Both the position numbers and the translations under genes were made by a program. Below the pieces are notes generated by a model. It was not told where the DNA came from, searched no databases, and worked only from the letters and a program-made list of their open reading frames with translations. 64,000 bases of DNA from Candidatus Babelota bacterium (GTDB lineage: Bacteria; Babelota; Babeliae; Babelales; Vermiphilaceae), in NCBI GenBank assembly GCA_049325595.1, contig JBMOLF010000010.1, forward strand, positions 32,001 to 96,000. The letters run 5' to 3'. Positions 10,169-19,376 of the stretch are shown here, piece by piece (position 1 is the first letter of the stretch; each line of letters starts with the position of its first letter).

Positions 10169-10906
10169 TTATAAATCTATTTTTGATTGAGCTAATTTTT
10201 CTTCATGCTGTCTAATTAATTCAGCAATTTCTGAGGTACTATTTCGCAATGCATATTGATAAGCCCCTGTTGTGTGAACACCATGATCTAATAATAATTG
10301 TACAATCTCAGGATTCTTGCCAAGAATTGCTTTTTGTAAAGGACTAATATTTTGTGGACCAGCACGAAGATTTACATCGGCGCCTGCAGCTAATATTTTA
10401 GCGATAAGAGGTATGTTGCCACTATCAAGAGCTATATATAAAGGAGTTCTGTTAAAACCATCTTTTGTATTTACCTTTGCATTATGGGCAATAAAAAAAT
10501 CAACCAAGTCTGATTGATTGTTATATAAAGCTATATGGATTGGAATATCACCTTCACCATCCGGTTTGTTAACATCTGCGCCATACTGTACAAGTAACTG
10601 CGCCACGGGTAATGCATTTTTGTATGATATTGCTAAAGTGAGTGGCGTTCTATGGATTTGTTTGAATACAGAAGGAGCCAGTTGTAGAGTTGTCGTATAA
10701 TCATGATTTGCAGATGCGCCAAGCTTGAGAGCGTCTTCTATTTGTTCTAAGTTGCCTAATTGAATTCCTGCAAATAATTCCTGTATTGATTGGTGAATTA
10801 TTTGTTCTGCTATATCTCGCGCTTCTTGTTTTTGTGCAGCATTACCTGCATTAATGATTAATGTACTGTAGACAAGAGCATATAAAAGTAAATTTTTTAT
10901 TAACAT
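10169..10906 (-). CDS. Signal-peptide ankyrin-repeat protein (tandem paralog 2)
   Basis: RTPLTLAI, GADVN, RTPLYIAL; GGAGAGG RBS before ATG 10906. Confidence 0.92.
   Translation of the reverse strand: MLIKNLLLYALVYSTLIINAGNAAQKQEARDIAEQIIHQSIQELFAGIQLGNLEQIEDALKLGASANHDYTTTLQLAPSVFKQIHRTPLTLAISYKNALPVAQLLVQYGADVNKPDGEGDIPIHIALYNNQSDLVDFFIAHNAKVNTKDGFNRTPLYIALDSGNIPLIAKILAAGADVNLRAGPQNISPLQKAILGKNPEIVQLLLDHGVHTTGAYQYALRNSTSEIAELIRQHEEKLAQSKIDL
10182..10231. repeat. 50-bp direct repeat, copy 2
   Basis: 49 of 50 nt identical to 9251..9300. Confidence 0.9.
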
Positions 10907-10928
10907 TGTCCTCTCCATTTTATGATCT

Positions 10929-11651
10929 TTATTTTTGCTCTTTTAACGTTTCTTCATGTTTGCGAATTAGTTCGGCAATTTCTGGCGTGCAATATTGCAA
11001 TGCATAGTGATAAGCGCCAATTGTGTTAGCACCATACGTTAAGAAAAGCTTAACAATTTCAGTTTTTTTTCTAAAAATAGCTTCTTGTAAAGGAGTTTTT
11101 AAATGAGGTGCCATAAAAGCATTAGGGTTTGCTCCATGACTTAAAAGTTTTTCTATTATTTGTTTGTTGCCGACCTCTATTGCTATATGTAAGGGGTTTT
11201 GATAGTTCCGATCTTTTAAATTAATGTCTGCATTATTGGCAATAAACAAATCCACTAATTCTGGTCGATTTAAAAATATAGCTAAATGAAGAGGGAGGTT
11301 GCCTTGACCATCTTGTTTATTAACATTTGCATCATATTTGAGCAATAATGTGGCAATATTAAAAGCATCTTTAGATTGAATTGCCAGAGTAAGAGGAGTT
11401 TTATGAAATGTGGTTATGGTATTAGTGGAAGGAAGCTGCGCTTGCCATGTTACATCTTCATTTGGTGACGCGCCTAAATCAAGAGCGAGTCTTATTTTAT
11501 CTAAATTATTTTCTGTTATCCCATCAAATAATTCTTGTACTGCTTGTTGAATAACTTGTTGAGCAATATCTCGCGCTTCATGTTTTTGCAAAGCATGCAG
11601 ACCTGGTATGACAAGTAGCGCTAGGCTTAATAATTTAATCATAAATTTCAT
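10929..11651 (-). CDS. Signal-peptide ankyrin-repeat protein (tandem paralog 1)
   Basis: KTPLTLAI, GNLPLHLAI, QNPLHIAI; start placed at MKFMIK. Confidence 0.92.
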   Translation of the reverse strand: MKFMIKLLSLALLVIPGLHALQKHEARDIAQQVIQQAVQELFDGITENNLDKIRLALDLGASPNEDVTWQAQLPSTNTITTFHKTPLTLAIQSKDAFNIATLLLKYDANVNKQDGQGNLPLHLAIFLNRPELVDLFIANNADINLKDRNYQNPLHIAIEVGNKQIIEKLLSHGANPNAFMAPHLKTPLQEAIFRKKTEIVKLFLTYGANTIGAYHYALQYCTPEIAELIRKHEETLKEQK

Positions 11652-11773
11652 TCTTTTCCCATTAAAAATCAAAATTGTAATTAATTTTAATATAACAAAA
11701 AACATGGGTAAAAAGACATATTTACTATAAGAAAAAGTAGGAGATTTGGGTTAAAATAAATTTTTATTATCAG

Positions 11774-12187
11774 TTATCGGATATTTAGTCGATCGATGAT
11801 TATTTTTAAAGTTTTATGGTAATTATCAAAATGATCAACAAGGGTTTGAGCAAGTTTTTCATTGTAAGTATGAGATGTTAAATTTCTATCTTTTATCATT
11901 TGAGATAAGAGCTCAAATTCAGATTCGGTAATCGTGTTTGTTTGTAAAGCTACTCGTAATATTTGGCCAGAAGAAACAAAAGTAAATGGAATACCGTGAA
12001 TAGCTTCAATATAATCACGTAGAAATCTGCAAAAAACTATCACATTAAGTGCAAATTGTTTGATCATCGAATCACGATATAAGTCCTTTAATTCTCCAAA
12101 ATCTTGTTGCAAATAAAGATTTATTGAATTTGAAAATCTGGTAAGACATTTTTCAGCGATTAAATATTGTTGTTTTACACAATTCAT
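11774..12187 (-). CDS. HI0074-family HEPN-domain protein (nucleotidyltransferase substrate-binding/HepT-like)
   Basis: RDSMIKQF and DRNLTSHTYNE (Rx4H-x-Y); 137 aa, predicted helical. Confidence 0.85.
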   Translation of the reverse strand: MNCVKQQYLIAEKCLTRFSNSINLYLQQDFGELKDLYRDSMIKQFALNVIVFCRFLRDYIEAIHGIPFTFVSSGQILRVALQTNTITESEFELLSQMIKDRNLTSHTYNEKLAQTLVDHFDNYHKTLKIIIDRLNIR

Positions 12188-12333
12188 ACGATTAACAAAA
12201 GTATTACATTTTTTATCTTATAGCCTAATTTATTTAGTATTAGTTGCCAATTCAAAAAAAGCTGCTAGAGTGTTTGGCCGAAAAGGAATCAAAAATAACG
12301 TAGTGTCTTTAAAATAAAAAAAGAAGATTTGTA

Positions 12334-12921
12334 ATGAAAATTAATCACTTCCAACTAGTTATCTATTTTATCTGTTCTTTTTTTGCTACAAATGGGCAGC
12401 AAGATTCAAATCATTTTGTTTTTTGCGATTTAATAAAATCGCAGACATTATGTCCTAAGTCAGATTATGCGCAAGCAGTTAACTATTTGCCAATTTGTTG
12501 TGTTGATATTTTTGTATTTAACCAAAAAACACACCAATATTTTATGGTACTGCGCAAACAAAAACCAGCACAACATGAATGGTGGTATCCAGGTGGTAGA
12601 CTCTTTAAGGGCGAATCTTTTTTTGAATGTGCGATTCGTAAATGTCGTGATGAAGTTGGGTTGCACGTTAAGCCTCTTGCTGAGCTTGGTGTGTATTCAA
12701 CAATTTTTCCTGATTCTGAATGGAACTGCCAAACGCATACCGTTAATATAGCAGTATTAGCATTGTTAGAAGAAAACTCATTCATTCAATTAGACCACGA
12801 TCATGAGCAAGGACAGTGGGTTGATGTCAGTATTGTTCCCAAAAATCCTTATCTTAAAGCTTTGTATGACAAGGCAATTTCTTATTTAAATTCACATAAT
12901 CTTAATCAAGGAATCTTATGA
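12334..12921 (+). CDS. GDP-mannose mannosyl hydrolase-like Nudix protein with signal peptide
   Basis: WWYPGGRLFKGES...RKCRDEVGL variant Nudix box and THTV motif; clustered with gmd/fcl like gmm (wcaH). Confidence 0.8.
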   Translation: MKINHFQLVIYFICSFFATNGQQDSNHFVFCDLIKSQTLCPKSDYAQAVNYLPICCVDIFVFNQKTHQYFMVLRKQKPAQHEWWYPGGRLFKGESFFECAIRKCRDEVGLHVKPLAELGVYSTIFPDSEWNCQTHTVNIAVLALLEENSFIQLDHDHEQGQWVDVSIVPKNPYLKALYDKAISYLNSHNLNQGIL

Positions 12922-14024
12922 ATATAAAAAAAATTTATTTTGCATTATGCATAGTAGGTGTAAATGTATTGGCTTCTGAATATGAAACTGAAAAAGTAGC
13001 TCTTGTTTGGGGTATGGGCCAAGATGGTAAATATTTATCAAAACTATTATTAGATAAAGAATATAAAGTATATGGCATAGGCAAATCAGCTGATCAAAAA
13101 GATTTTAGACAAAATGTATATGATTTTCTTGGTATAGAAGAAGATTCAAGATGTTTTAAGCTATTTCAAGGAGATATTTCAGATTCTAACTGCGTTTTTA
13201 ATAAGTTGTCTAAAATTAGACCGACACAGATTTATAATTTAGCGGCACAAAGTAGTATCCCCGAATCTTTTAAAAATCCTGATCAAACTTATCAAACAAA
13301 TTTTGAAGGAACACTGAATATTTTAGAAACAATGCAAAGTTTGGATTTATGGCATATAAAATTTGTTCAGGCAGCTTCCATAGAAATTTTTACGGGTACT
13401 AAAGCTGATTGTTATGATGAAAATTCTTTGCTTTCTGCGTGTTCGCCCTATGGCACCTCAAAATTGCTAGCTTATAAAATGCTACAGCGTTACCGTAAGA
13501 GATATGGAACAAATGCGGGGAATGCGATTTTATGTAATCACGAATCACCTGAACGACCTGAAGGTTTTATTACTCAAAAAGTTGCAAAAGCAGTAGCAGA
13601 AATTTTTTTAGGAAAAAGAGATAATTTTTCTGTTGGCAATATTCATGCGCAACGTGATTGGGGACATGCTCGCGATTATGTAAAAGCCATGAAAAAAATG
13701 GCTGATCAAGCAAAAATGGACGATTATATAATAGCAACTGGCAAAGTTCATTCAGTTAAAGATTTAATAGAAAGCGCTTTTTCTCATACCGGACGTACTA
13801 TTGTATGGTCAGGAGAAGGCATAGATGAAAAAGGTTGTGATAGTAAAACAGGTCACGTATTAGTAACAATAAACCCAGAATTTTATAGACCAAATGAGGC
13901 ACAAGTAACTACCGGCAATACAAAAAAAATATACGAAAAGTTATATTGGCAACCAGAAACCACCTTTGATGAATTAGTAAAAGAAATGGTGGAAACACAA
14001 ATTAAAAAACTACAAACAAAATAA
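12918..14024 (+). CDS. Divergent GDP-mannose 4,6-dehydratase-like SDR with signal peptide
   Basis: [42 protein letters not shown]. Confidence 0.88.
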   Translation: MNIKKIYFALCIVGVNVLASEYETEKVALVWGMGQDGKYLSKLLLDKEYKVYGIGKSADQKDFRQNVYDFLGIEEDSRCFKLFQGDISDSNCVFNKLSKIRPTQIYNLAAQSSIPESFKNPDQTYQTNFEGTLNILETMQSLDLWHIKFVQAASIEIFTGTKADCYDENSLLSACSPYGTSKLLAYKMLQRYRKRYGTNAGNAILCNHESPERPEGFITQKVAKAVAEIFLGKRDNFSVGNIHAQRDWGHARDYVKAMKKMADQAKMDDYIIATGKVHSVKDLIESAFSHTGRTIVWSGEGIDEKGCDSKTGHVLVTINPEFYRPNEAQVTTGNTKKIYEKLYWQPETTFDELVKEMVETQIKKLQTK

Positions 14025-14036
14025 GGAGTAAACACG

Positions 14037-15053
14037 ATGTTAAAAAAAATAGTATTATCACTTTTATTAGTAACTATGGTAAATACGAATGCCAATGTGG
14101 CACCAATGCCTAAAGATGCTAAGATTTTTGTAGCAGGCCATCGTGGATTGGTAGGTTCGCATATTGTTGATGAGTTACATGCTCAAGGTTACACGAACAT
14201 TTTAACTAGAACCAAAGATGAACTTGATTTATGCAATGCACAAGCAGTAGATGAATTTTTTGAAAAAGAAAAACCGGAGTATGTGTTTTTAGCAGCAGCA
14301 AAAGTTGGTGGTATTTTGGCTAACAATACCTATCCAGCCGATTTTATTGCACAAAATCTTGCCATTGAATTAAATATAATTCAATCTTCTCATAAATACG
14401 GCGTAAAAAAACTTCTCTTCTTAGGTTCTTCATGCATTTATCCACGCATGTGTCCACAACCAATTAAAGAAGAATATTTGTTGACCAGTGAATTAGAGCC
14501 AACTAATGAGCCATATGCTATTGCTAAGATTGCTGGTATTAAATTATGCCAATCTTATAATCGCCAACATGGCACGAAATTTATTGCTTGCATGCCAACA
14601 AACTTATATGGTCCTAAAGACAACTTTAATTTACAAAATTCTCATGTATTACCGGCACTACTTTCCAAAATTCATACCGCAAAAGTGAATGGTGATAAAC
14701 AAGTTACCGTGTGGGGCACCGGTACACCGCGCCGCGAGTTTTTATACGTTGAAGACCTTGCCCAAGCATGTGTTTTCTTAATGAATAATTACGAAGGTAA
14801 TGAAGTGGTAAATGTAGGTACCGGCACCGATGTTACTATTGCAGAATTAGTTTCAATGATCGCCAAAGTTGTTGGCTTTGAAGGTGACTTAGTGTACGAC
14901 ACTACTAAGCCTGATGGTACGCCACGCAAATTATTAAATGTTGATAAATTAACTTCACTTGGCTGGAAAGCTAAAATATCGTTAGAAGATGGCATTAAAA
15001 AGACCTATGAATGGTATTTGCAAAATGTGGAAAAAGAAATGATCAAAAAATAA
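14037..15053 (+). CDS. fcl: GDP-L-fucose synthase with signal peptide
   Basis: [51 protein letters not shown]. Confidence 0.96.
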   Translation: MLKKIVLSLLLVTMVNTNANVAPMPKDAKIFVAGHRGLVGSHIVDELHAQGYTNILTRTKDELDLCNAQAVDEFFEKEKPEYVFLAAAKVGGILANNTYPADFIAQNLAIELNIIQSSHKYGVKKLLFLGSSCIYPRMCPQPIKEEYLLTSELEPTNEPYAIAKIAGIKLCQSYNRQHGTKFIACMPTNLYGPKDNFNLQNSHVLPALLSKIHTAKVNGDKQVTVWGTGTPRREFLYVEDLAQACVFLMNNYEGNEVVNVGTGTDVTIAELVSMIAKVVGFEGDLVYDTTKPDGTPRKLLNVDKLTSLGWKAKISLEDGIKKTYEWYLQNVEKEMIKK

Positions 15054-15063
15054 GAGGGAAGTA

Positions 15064-16167
15064 ATGAAGCACTTAATTATATGTTTATTATTGGGAGCCA
15101 GCGCTATAAGCGCTGCTCCCAAGGTTGCGCTTATTACGGGTGTGACGGGCCAAGATGGATCGTATCTTGCTGAGTTTTTATTAAAAAAGGGGTATATAGT
15201 ACACGGTATTAAACGTCGTGGGTCATTGATTAATAATACACAACGAGTTGATCATATTTATGAAGATCCACATTGTGCTAAACAATTTTTTCTACACTAT
15301 GGTGAAATGACTGATGCAGCTAATTTAGTGCGCATTATTCAAGAAGTGCAACCGGATGAAATTTACAATTTAGCTGCTCAAAGCCACGTGCAAGTTTCAT
15401 TTGAGGAGCCTATTTATACAGCACATGCTGATGGTGTTGGTGCGCTTAATATTTTAGAAGCTATTCGTATTTTGGGTATGACTAAAAAAGTGCGTTTTTA
15501 TCAAGCATCAACCAGCGAAATGTTTGGAAAAGTACAAGAAATACCACAAAAAGAAACCACACCGTTTTATCCTCGTTCTCCCTATGGTGTTTCTAAATTG
15601 TATGCGCATTGGATTACCAAAAATTTCCGTGAAGCCTATGGTATTTTTGCTGTCAGTGGTATTTTATTTAATCACGAATCACCACGACGCGGCGAAACAT
15701 TTGTAACCAGAAAAATTGCTCGGGCTGTTGCACGTATTGCAGCTGGATACCATGAAATTCTGTACCTTGGTAACCTAGATGCTTGTCGTGACTGGGGCCA
15801 TGCTCGCGATTACGTAGAGGCAATGTGGCTTATGTTGCAACAAGAAACACCAGAAGATTTTGTAATAGCGACAGGAGAAACTCATTCAGTTCGTGAATTT
15901 GTAGAACTCTCATTTAAAGAAGTTGGCATTGAAATTGAATGGACAGGTACTGGTCTTGATGAAAAAGGTATTGATAAAGCAACGGGTAAAGTATTAGTAA
16001 AAGTTGACCCGCGTTACTTTAGACCAACCGAAGTTGATTATTTGCTTGGTGATGCAACAAAAGCAAATAATATTCTAGGATGGAAGCCGCGCACTACCTT
16101 CTGTGAACTCGTTACCGAAATGGTACAAGCAGAAGTCCGTGCTTTAGATATCGATTTAAATTTTTAA
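15064..16167 (+). CDS. gmd: GDP-mannose 4,6-dehydratase with signal peptide
   Basis: [46 protein letters not shown]. Confidence 0.97.
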   Translation: MKHLIICLLLGASAISAAPKVALITGVTGQDGSYLAEFLLKKGYIVHGIKRRGSLINNTQRVDHIYEDPHCAKQFFLHYGEMTDAANLVRIIQEVQPDEIYNLAAQSHVQVSFEEPIYTAHADGVGALNILEAIRILGMTKKVRFYQASTSEMFGKVQEIPQKETTPFYPRSPYGVSKLYAHWITKNFREAYGIFAVSGILFNHESPRRGETFVTRKIARAVARIAAGYHEILYLGNLDACRDWGHARDYVEAMWLMLQQETPEDFVIATGETHSVREFVELSFKEVGIEIEWTGTGLDEKGIDKATGKVLVKVDPRYFRPTEVDYLLGDATKANNILGWKPRTTFCELVTEMVQAEVRALDIDLNF

Positions 16168-16184
16168 AAAATTAATTATTTATA

Positions 16185-16227
16185 AAAAAAATAAAGAGAG
16201 CGCATTAAAACGCTCTCTTTATTTTTT
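16185..16227. terminator. Bidirectional intrinsic terminator
   Basis: AAAAAATAAAGAGAGCG-CATTAAAA-CGCTCTCTTTATTTTTT between convergent genes. Confidence 0.85.
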
Positions 16228-16241
16228 AGGCAAAGGAACAC

Positions 16242-16430
16242 TTACGATTTTTTGTGTTCTTTTTTTTGCTCATTTTGTTTACCATGCTCTTGGCCATGTT
16301 TCCAGCCTTGAGTAGTACCAAATTTGCCTTCTTGTTTTTGTTCTTGGCCGTGTTTTACATGACCTTGTTTTTCATGTTGAGTTTTCTCGTGTTGACCTTG
16401 GCCATTTCCTTTTTTGAATTGGTTAGCCAT
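16242..16430 (-). CDS. Small hydrophilic Q/K/E/H/G-rich protein (62 aa)
   Basis: AAGGGG RBS upstream, terminator downstream, internal QHEK and KHGQE repeats. Confidence 0.7.
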   Translation of the reverse strand: MANQFKKGNGQGQHEKTQHEKQGHVKHGQEQKQEGKFGTTQGWKHGQEHGKQNEQKKEHKKS

Positions 16431-16714
16431 TGTTACCCCTTTTTTGGTTTAAATAATATTAACAGATAAAAAAGTTTCTATAATTTAGGTTTTTATAGTT
16501 ATTTTTTTATATTTTAATAATAAATCATATTTGTAACAAAATGCAAGGGTTTACAAAAATTAAAAACTAGTAAATAAAAGCGTTTTTTGGGTTTTTTTAA
16601 AGTGACTATAAATTCATATTTGTGGTGATTTTAATTTCTTTTAAATTTACGAGTTTCATAAAAAGATTTATAGTAAAATTATTAGAAAACACACCCTTCT
16701 TTTTGAGGTTCATT

Positions 16715-17911
16715 ATGATAATTTCTCTGCGTTATTTTTTGTTTCTTATATTGTTAACGAGTGTTGGTTGGACGGGATGGGGCATTTATAGTTATTTTTT
16801 TGATCCTACCCTTCCTTCTATTACCATTAGTGGCATAGAAAATGATTGTTATTATGCGGGTGATATTCAATGTGGTGTATCCAGCAATAAAACAGGACAG
16901 CTTTCCATTTGGCTTGATGGGCAACCGTTAATTAATAGTTTTAAGCTTGGTGCTAAAGAGCAAGATCATCCTTTTACCGTGCCAACTAAAACAATTACCA
17001 ACGGTAAACATGTTCTCAAAGTTGAATTGCAAGATAGCACCTGGCGAAAAAATAAAGCAGTTGTTGAAAAAAACTTTTGTGTAGACAATGTTCCCTTACA
17101 AGCGGCATTTGTTCGTTCTGAAGCAGATTATAAAGTCTTTCAAGGAAGAACTTTACATTTACAATTTCAAGTAAACAAAGAGATTCAAGAAGCTCAAATT
17201 AATACGTTGTCTCGTTCATTTGATTGTTTTCCTGAAACAAAAGATTCGATGATATACGAGTGCTTTATTCCAATTTCTTGTGAAGAAATGCCTAATGAAT
17301 ATTTACTTTCAGTAGTGGTAAAAGATAAAGTTGGTAACGCGCTTAATCTAGATAGCAAGTTTCAGGTGGTGATGTATCCATTTAAAAAACAAGCTTTACA
17401 TGTTAGTTCAGAAAAAGTTGCAGAGGAAAAAGCAATAAGTCTTTCTGGGCAGCTTCTTGAGCAAGAACTTGAAAAGCTTGTACAAAATTCACCTCGACAA
17501 AAATTATGGCGCGGTGCATTTTGTGAGCCGATCGAAGTTGCTCGCGTGACCTGTGAATTTGGTACCATTCGAACGACTAAAGAAAAAGGTCGTTACATGC
17601 ATAAAGGGATAGATGTAATTAATACGCCAAAATGCGTAGTATGGGCGCCTCAAGATGGTATTGTAGTACTTAAAGAACGCTATGAGTTTAGTGGGAATAC
17701 CGTGGTAATTGACCATGGCATGGGTGTGCTTTCCTTATTTTTCCACCTAGATAGTTTTGCAGACATATCTGTTGGTCAAAGAATTGCAAAAGGCAATCCA
17801 CTAGGAACAATGGGAATGACTGGTTATGCGACCGGATACCATTTACATTGGGAAATGCGAGTAGCTAATATTCAAGTTGATCCAATGCAATGGACTAAGC
17901 CTAACTTTTAA
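16715..17911 (+). CDS. M23 family metallopeptidase with N-terminal membrane anchor
   Basis: HKGID, GNTVVIDHG, TGYHLHWE; start placed at ATG 16715. Confidence 0.92.
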   Translation: MIISLRYFLFLILLTSVGWTGWGIYSYFFDPTLPSITISGIENDCYYAGDIQCGVSSNKTGQLSIWLDGQPLINSFKLGAKEQDHPFTVPTKTITNGKHVLKVELQDSTWRKNKAVVEKNFCVDNVPLQAAFVRSEADYKVFQGRTLHLQFQVNKEIQEAQINTLSRSFDCFPETKDSMIYECFIPISCEEMPNEYLLSVVVKDKVGNALNLDSKFQVVMYPFKKQALHVSSEKVAEEKAISLSGQLLEQELEKLVQNSPRQKLWRGAFCEPIEVARVTCEFGTIRTTKEKGRYMHKGIDVINTPKCVVWAPQDGIVVLKERYEFSGNTVVIDHGMGVLSLFFHLDSFADISVGQRIAKGNPLGTMGMTGYATGYHLHWEMRVANIQVDPMQWTKPNF

Positions 17912-17934
17912 ATAAAAAAACGGGGGAGTAGTAG

Positions 17935-18432
17935 ATGATTTTTAGGATAAATGAGAGTGACAGAAAAAATATATTAAACAGATATTTACCCTATTTTTTA
18001 CTGCTTCTTATTATAAGCTTTTTATGTGCAGGATGGTTTGTTATCTACTACCATCCTTTACAATTAAAAGTGCATACTCGCACAGCTCATCAGCAACAAT
18101 TATTGCAAAAATATTGCACTACATTAAAACGACAACAAGCTGAATTGCTACCAGTTGTACCAGAGCTTGAAACAGCTACTATCCCCGAGCTTATTCAAGA
18201 AATTATAGAAATGGTTGACCAAAACAATTTAGCGCTCATTTCATGTGATTTACATAAAAAAAATAATCTCATTTATCATTGTAACTTGTCATATCACGGT
18301 TTAATTGAACAATCATATACGATGCTTAATAATCTTGAGCAAAAGAATATCAAAATTAAAAAAATTTCAATGAAAAATTCTGAATCTGGTAGTGCAATGC
18401 ACCGTCTGATCATAGAATTGCAACAAGCTTAA
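17935..18432 (+). CDS. Single-TM hypothetical protein, PilO/GspM-like architecture
   Basis: GGGGGAG RBS; one TM helix, coiled segment, small alpha/beta C-terminus. Confidence 0.5.
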   Translation: MIFRINESDRKNILNRYLPYFLLLLIISFLCAGWFVIYYHPLQLKVHTRTAHQQQLLQKYCTTLKRQQAELLPVVPELETATIPELIQEIIEMVDQNNLALISCDLHKKNNLIYHCNLSYHGLIEQSYTMLNNLEQKNIKIKKISMKNSESGSAMHRLIIELQQA

Positions 18433-18447
18433 TAAGCTTATTGTGTC

Positions 18448-18483
18448 AAAAAAAACCCTTCAACTTGAATAAGCTGAAGGGTT
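18448..18483 (-). terminator. Intrinsic terminator
   Basis: Minus strand reads AACCCTTCA-GCTTATTCAAGT-TGAAGGGTT then a T run. Confidence 0.8.
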
Positions 18484-18544
18484 AGGGGGTGAACAATACA
18501 AAGAGGTATTGTTCGTTTAGGGATTTTTTTAACACGTAGTTCGT
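18448..18544 (-). ncRNA. Candidate ~95-nt small RNA
   Basis: Lies between a consensus promoter (18549..18577) and a terminator; internal hairpin GAACAATAC/GTATTGTTC; no ORF. Confidence 0.6.
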
Positions 18545-18548
18545 GGAG

Positions 18549-18577
18549 ATCCTAACAACCAACTTTTTTATTGTCAA
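18549..18577 (-). promoter_or_regulatory. Sigma70-type promoter
   Basis: TTGACA - 17 nt - TAGGAT, with an extended -10 (TGn). Confidence 0.7.
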
Positions 18578-18582
18578 GTTTC

Positions 18583-19356
18583 TCACATGTTACATGTCTT
18601 ATTCTGTTTGTTGAAAAAAAATTGACGCAAAGGAGAATGAACAAGTCTGAGTTTTACTAATGAGCTGAGCATGCGCAAACCACCTTTAAAAAGCTTTAAT
18701 TTACTATCAGCTTGATCATGCCAAACAGTAGGAATCTCTTTAATCTTTGCCTTTTGTTTTTTGCATAAATAAAGCAGTTCTACATCAAATGCCCATTGCG
18801 TAACCGTAAATTTATCGATGATAGCCTGAATAACGGGTCGTTTAAAAATTTTAGCTCCACATTGAAAATCTGCATACCGTATGCCAAATAACATCCATGC
18901 CAGATTTTCATAAACCAGCTTGCTTCCCATTCGCTTTATAAAAGGTCGTGCTGGGCTTACGTGCGCACCCTTCATATATCTACTTGCAATGATACCATCG
19001 CACGATGAAATCTGCTCAATGAGCTGAAAAAAATATTCAGGTCGGGTAGCCATATCAGCATCGACAAATCCAATAAGATCATTTGTCCCCTGCAAAGCAT
19101 GTGAAAATCCTTGCGCTATAGCAAACCCTTTGCCTGCTTGTTCATAATTAAGCACGACAATTTGTTGGTGCTTTTGAGCAAATTGATGTGCAACCTCGAT
19201 GGTTTTATCAGAACAACCATTTAACACAATTATAAATTCATAATCATGTATTACTTGTTGTTCTTTTTTTTCGTGAAAAAATTGACAATAATTATCAACT
19301 GTTTTACCAAGTCGACGTTCTTCATTATGGGCTGGGATCACAATACTAATTTTCAT
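18583..19356 (-). CDS. GT2 polyprenyl/dolichyl-phosphate glycosyltransferase-like protein
   Basis: VIPAHNEERR, GKGFA, FVDADMAT, DFQCGAKIF, WAFDVELL. Confidence 0.9.
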   Translation of the reverse strand: MKISIVIPAHNEERRLGKTVDNYCQFFHEKKEQQVIHDYEFIIVLNGCSDKTIEVAHQFAQKHQQIVVLNYEQAGKGFAIAQGFSHALQGTNDLIGFVDADMATRPEYFFQLIEQISSCDGIIASRYMKGAHVSPARPFIKRMGSKLVYENLAWMLFGIRYADFQCGAKIFKRPVIQAIIDKFTVTQWAFDVELLYLCKKQKAKIKEIPTVWHDQADSKLKLFKGGLRMLSSLVKLRLVHSPLRQFFFNKQNKTCNM

Positions 19357-19376
19357 GGCTACCTTTTATGCCCAAT

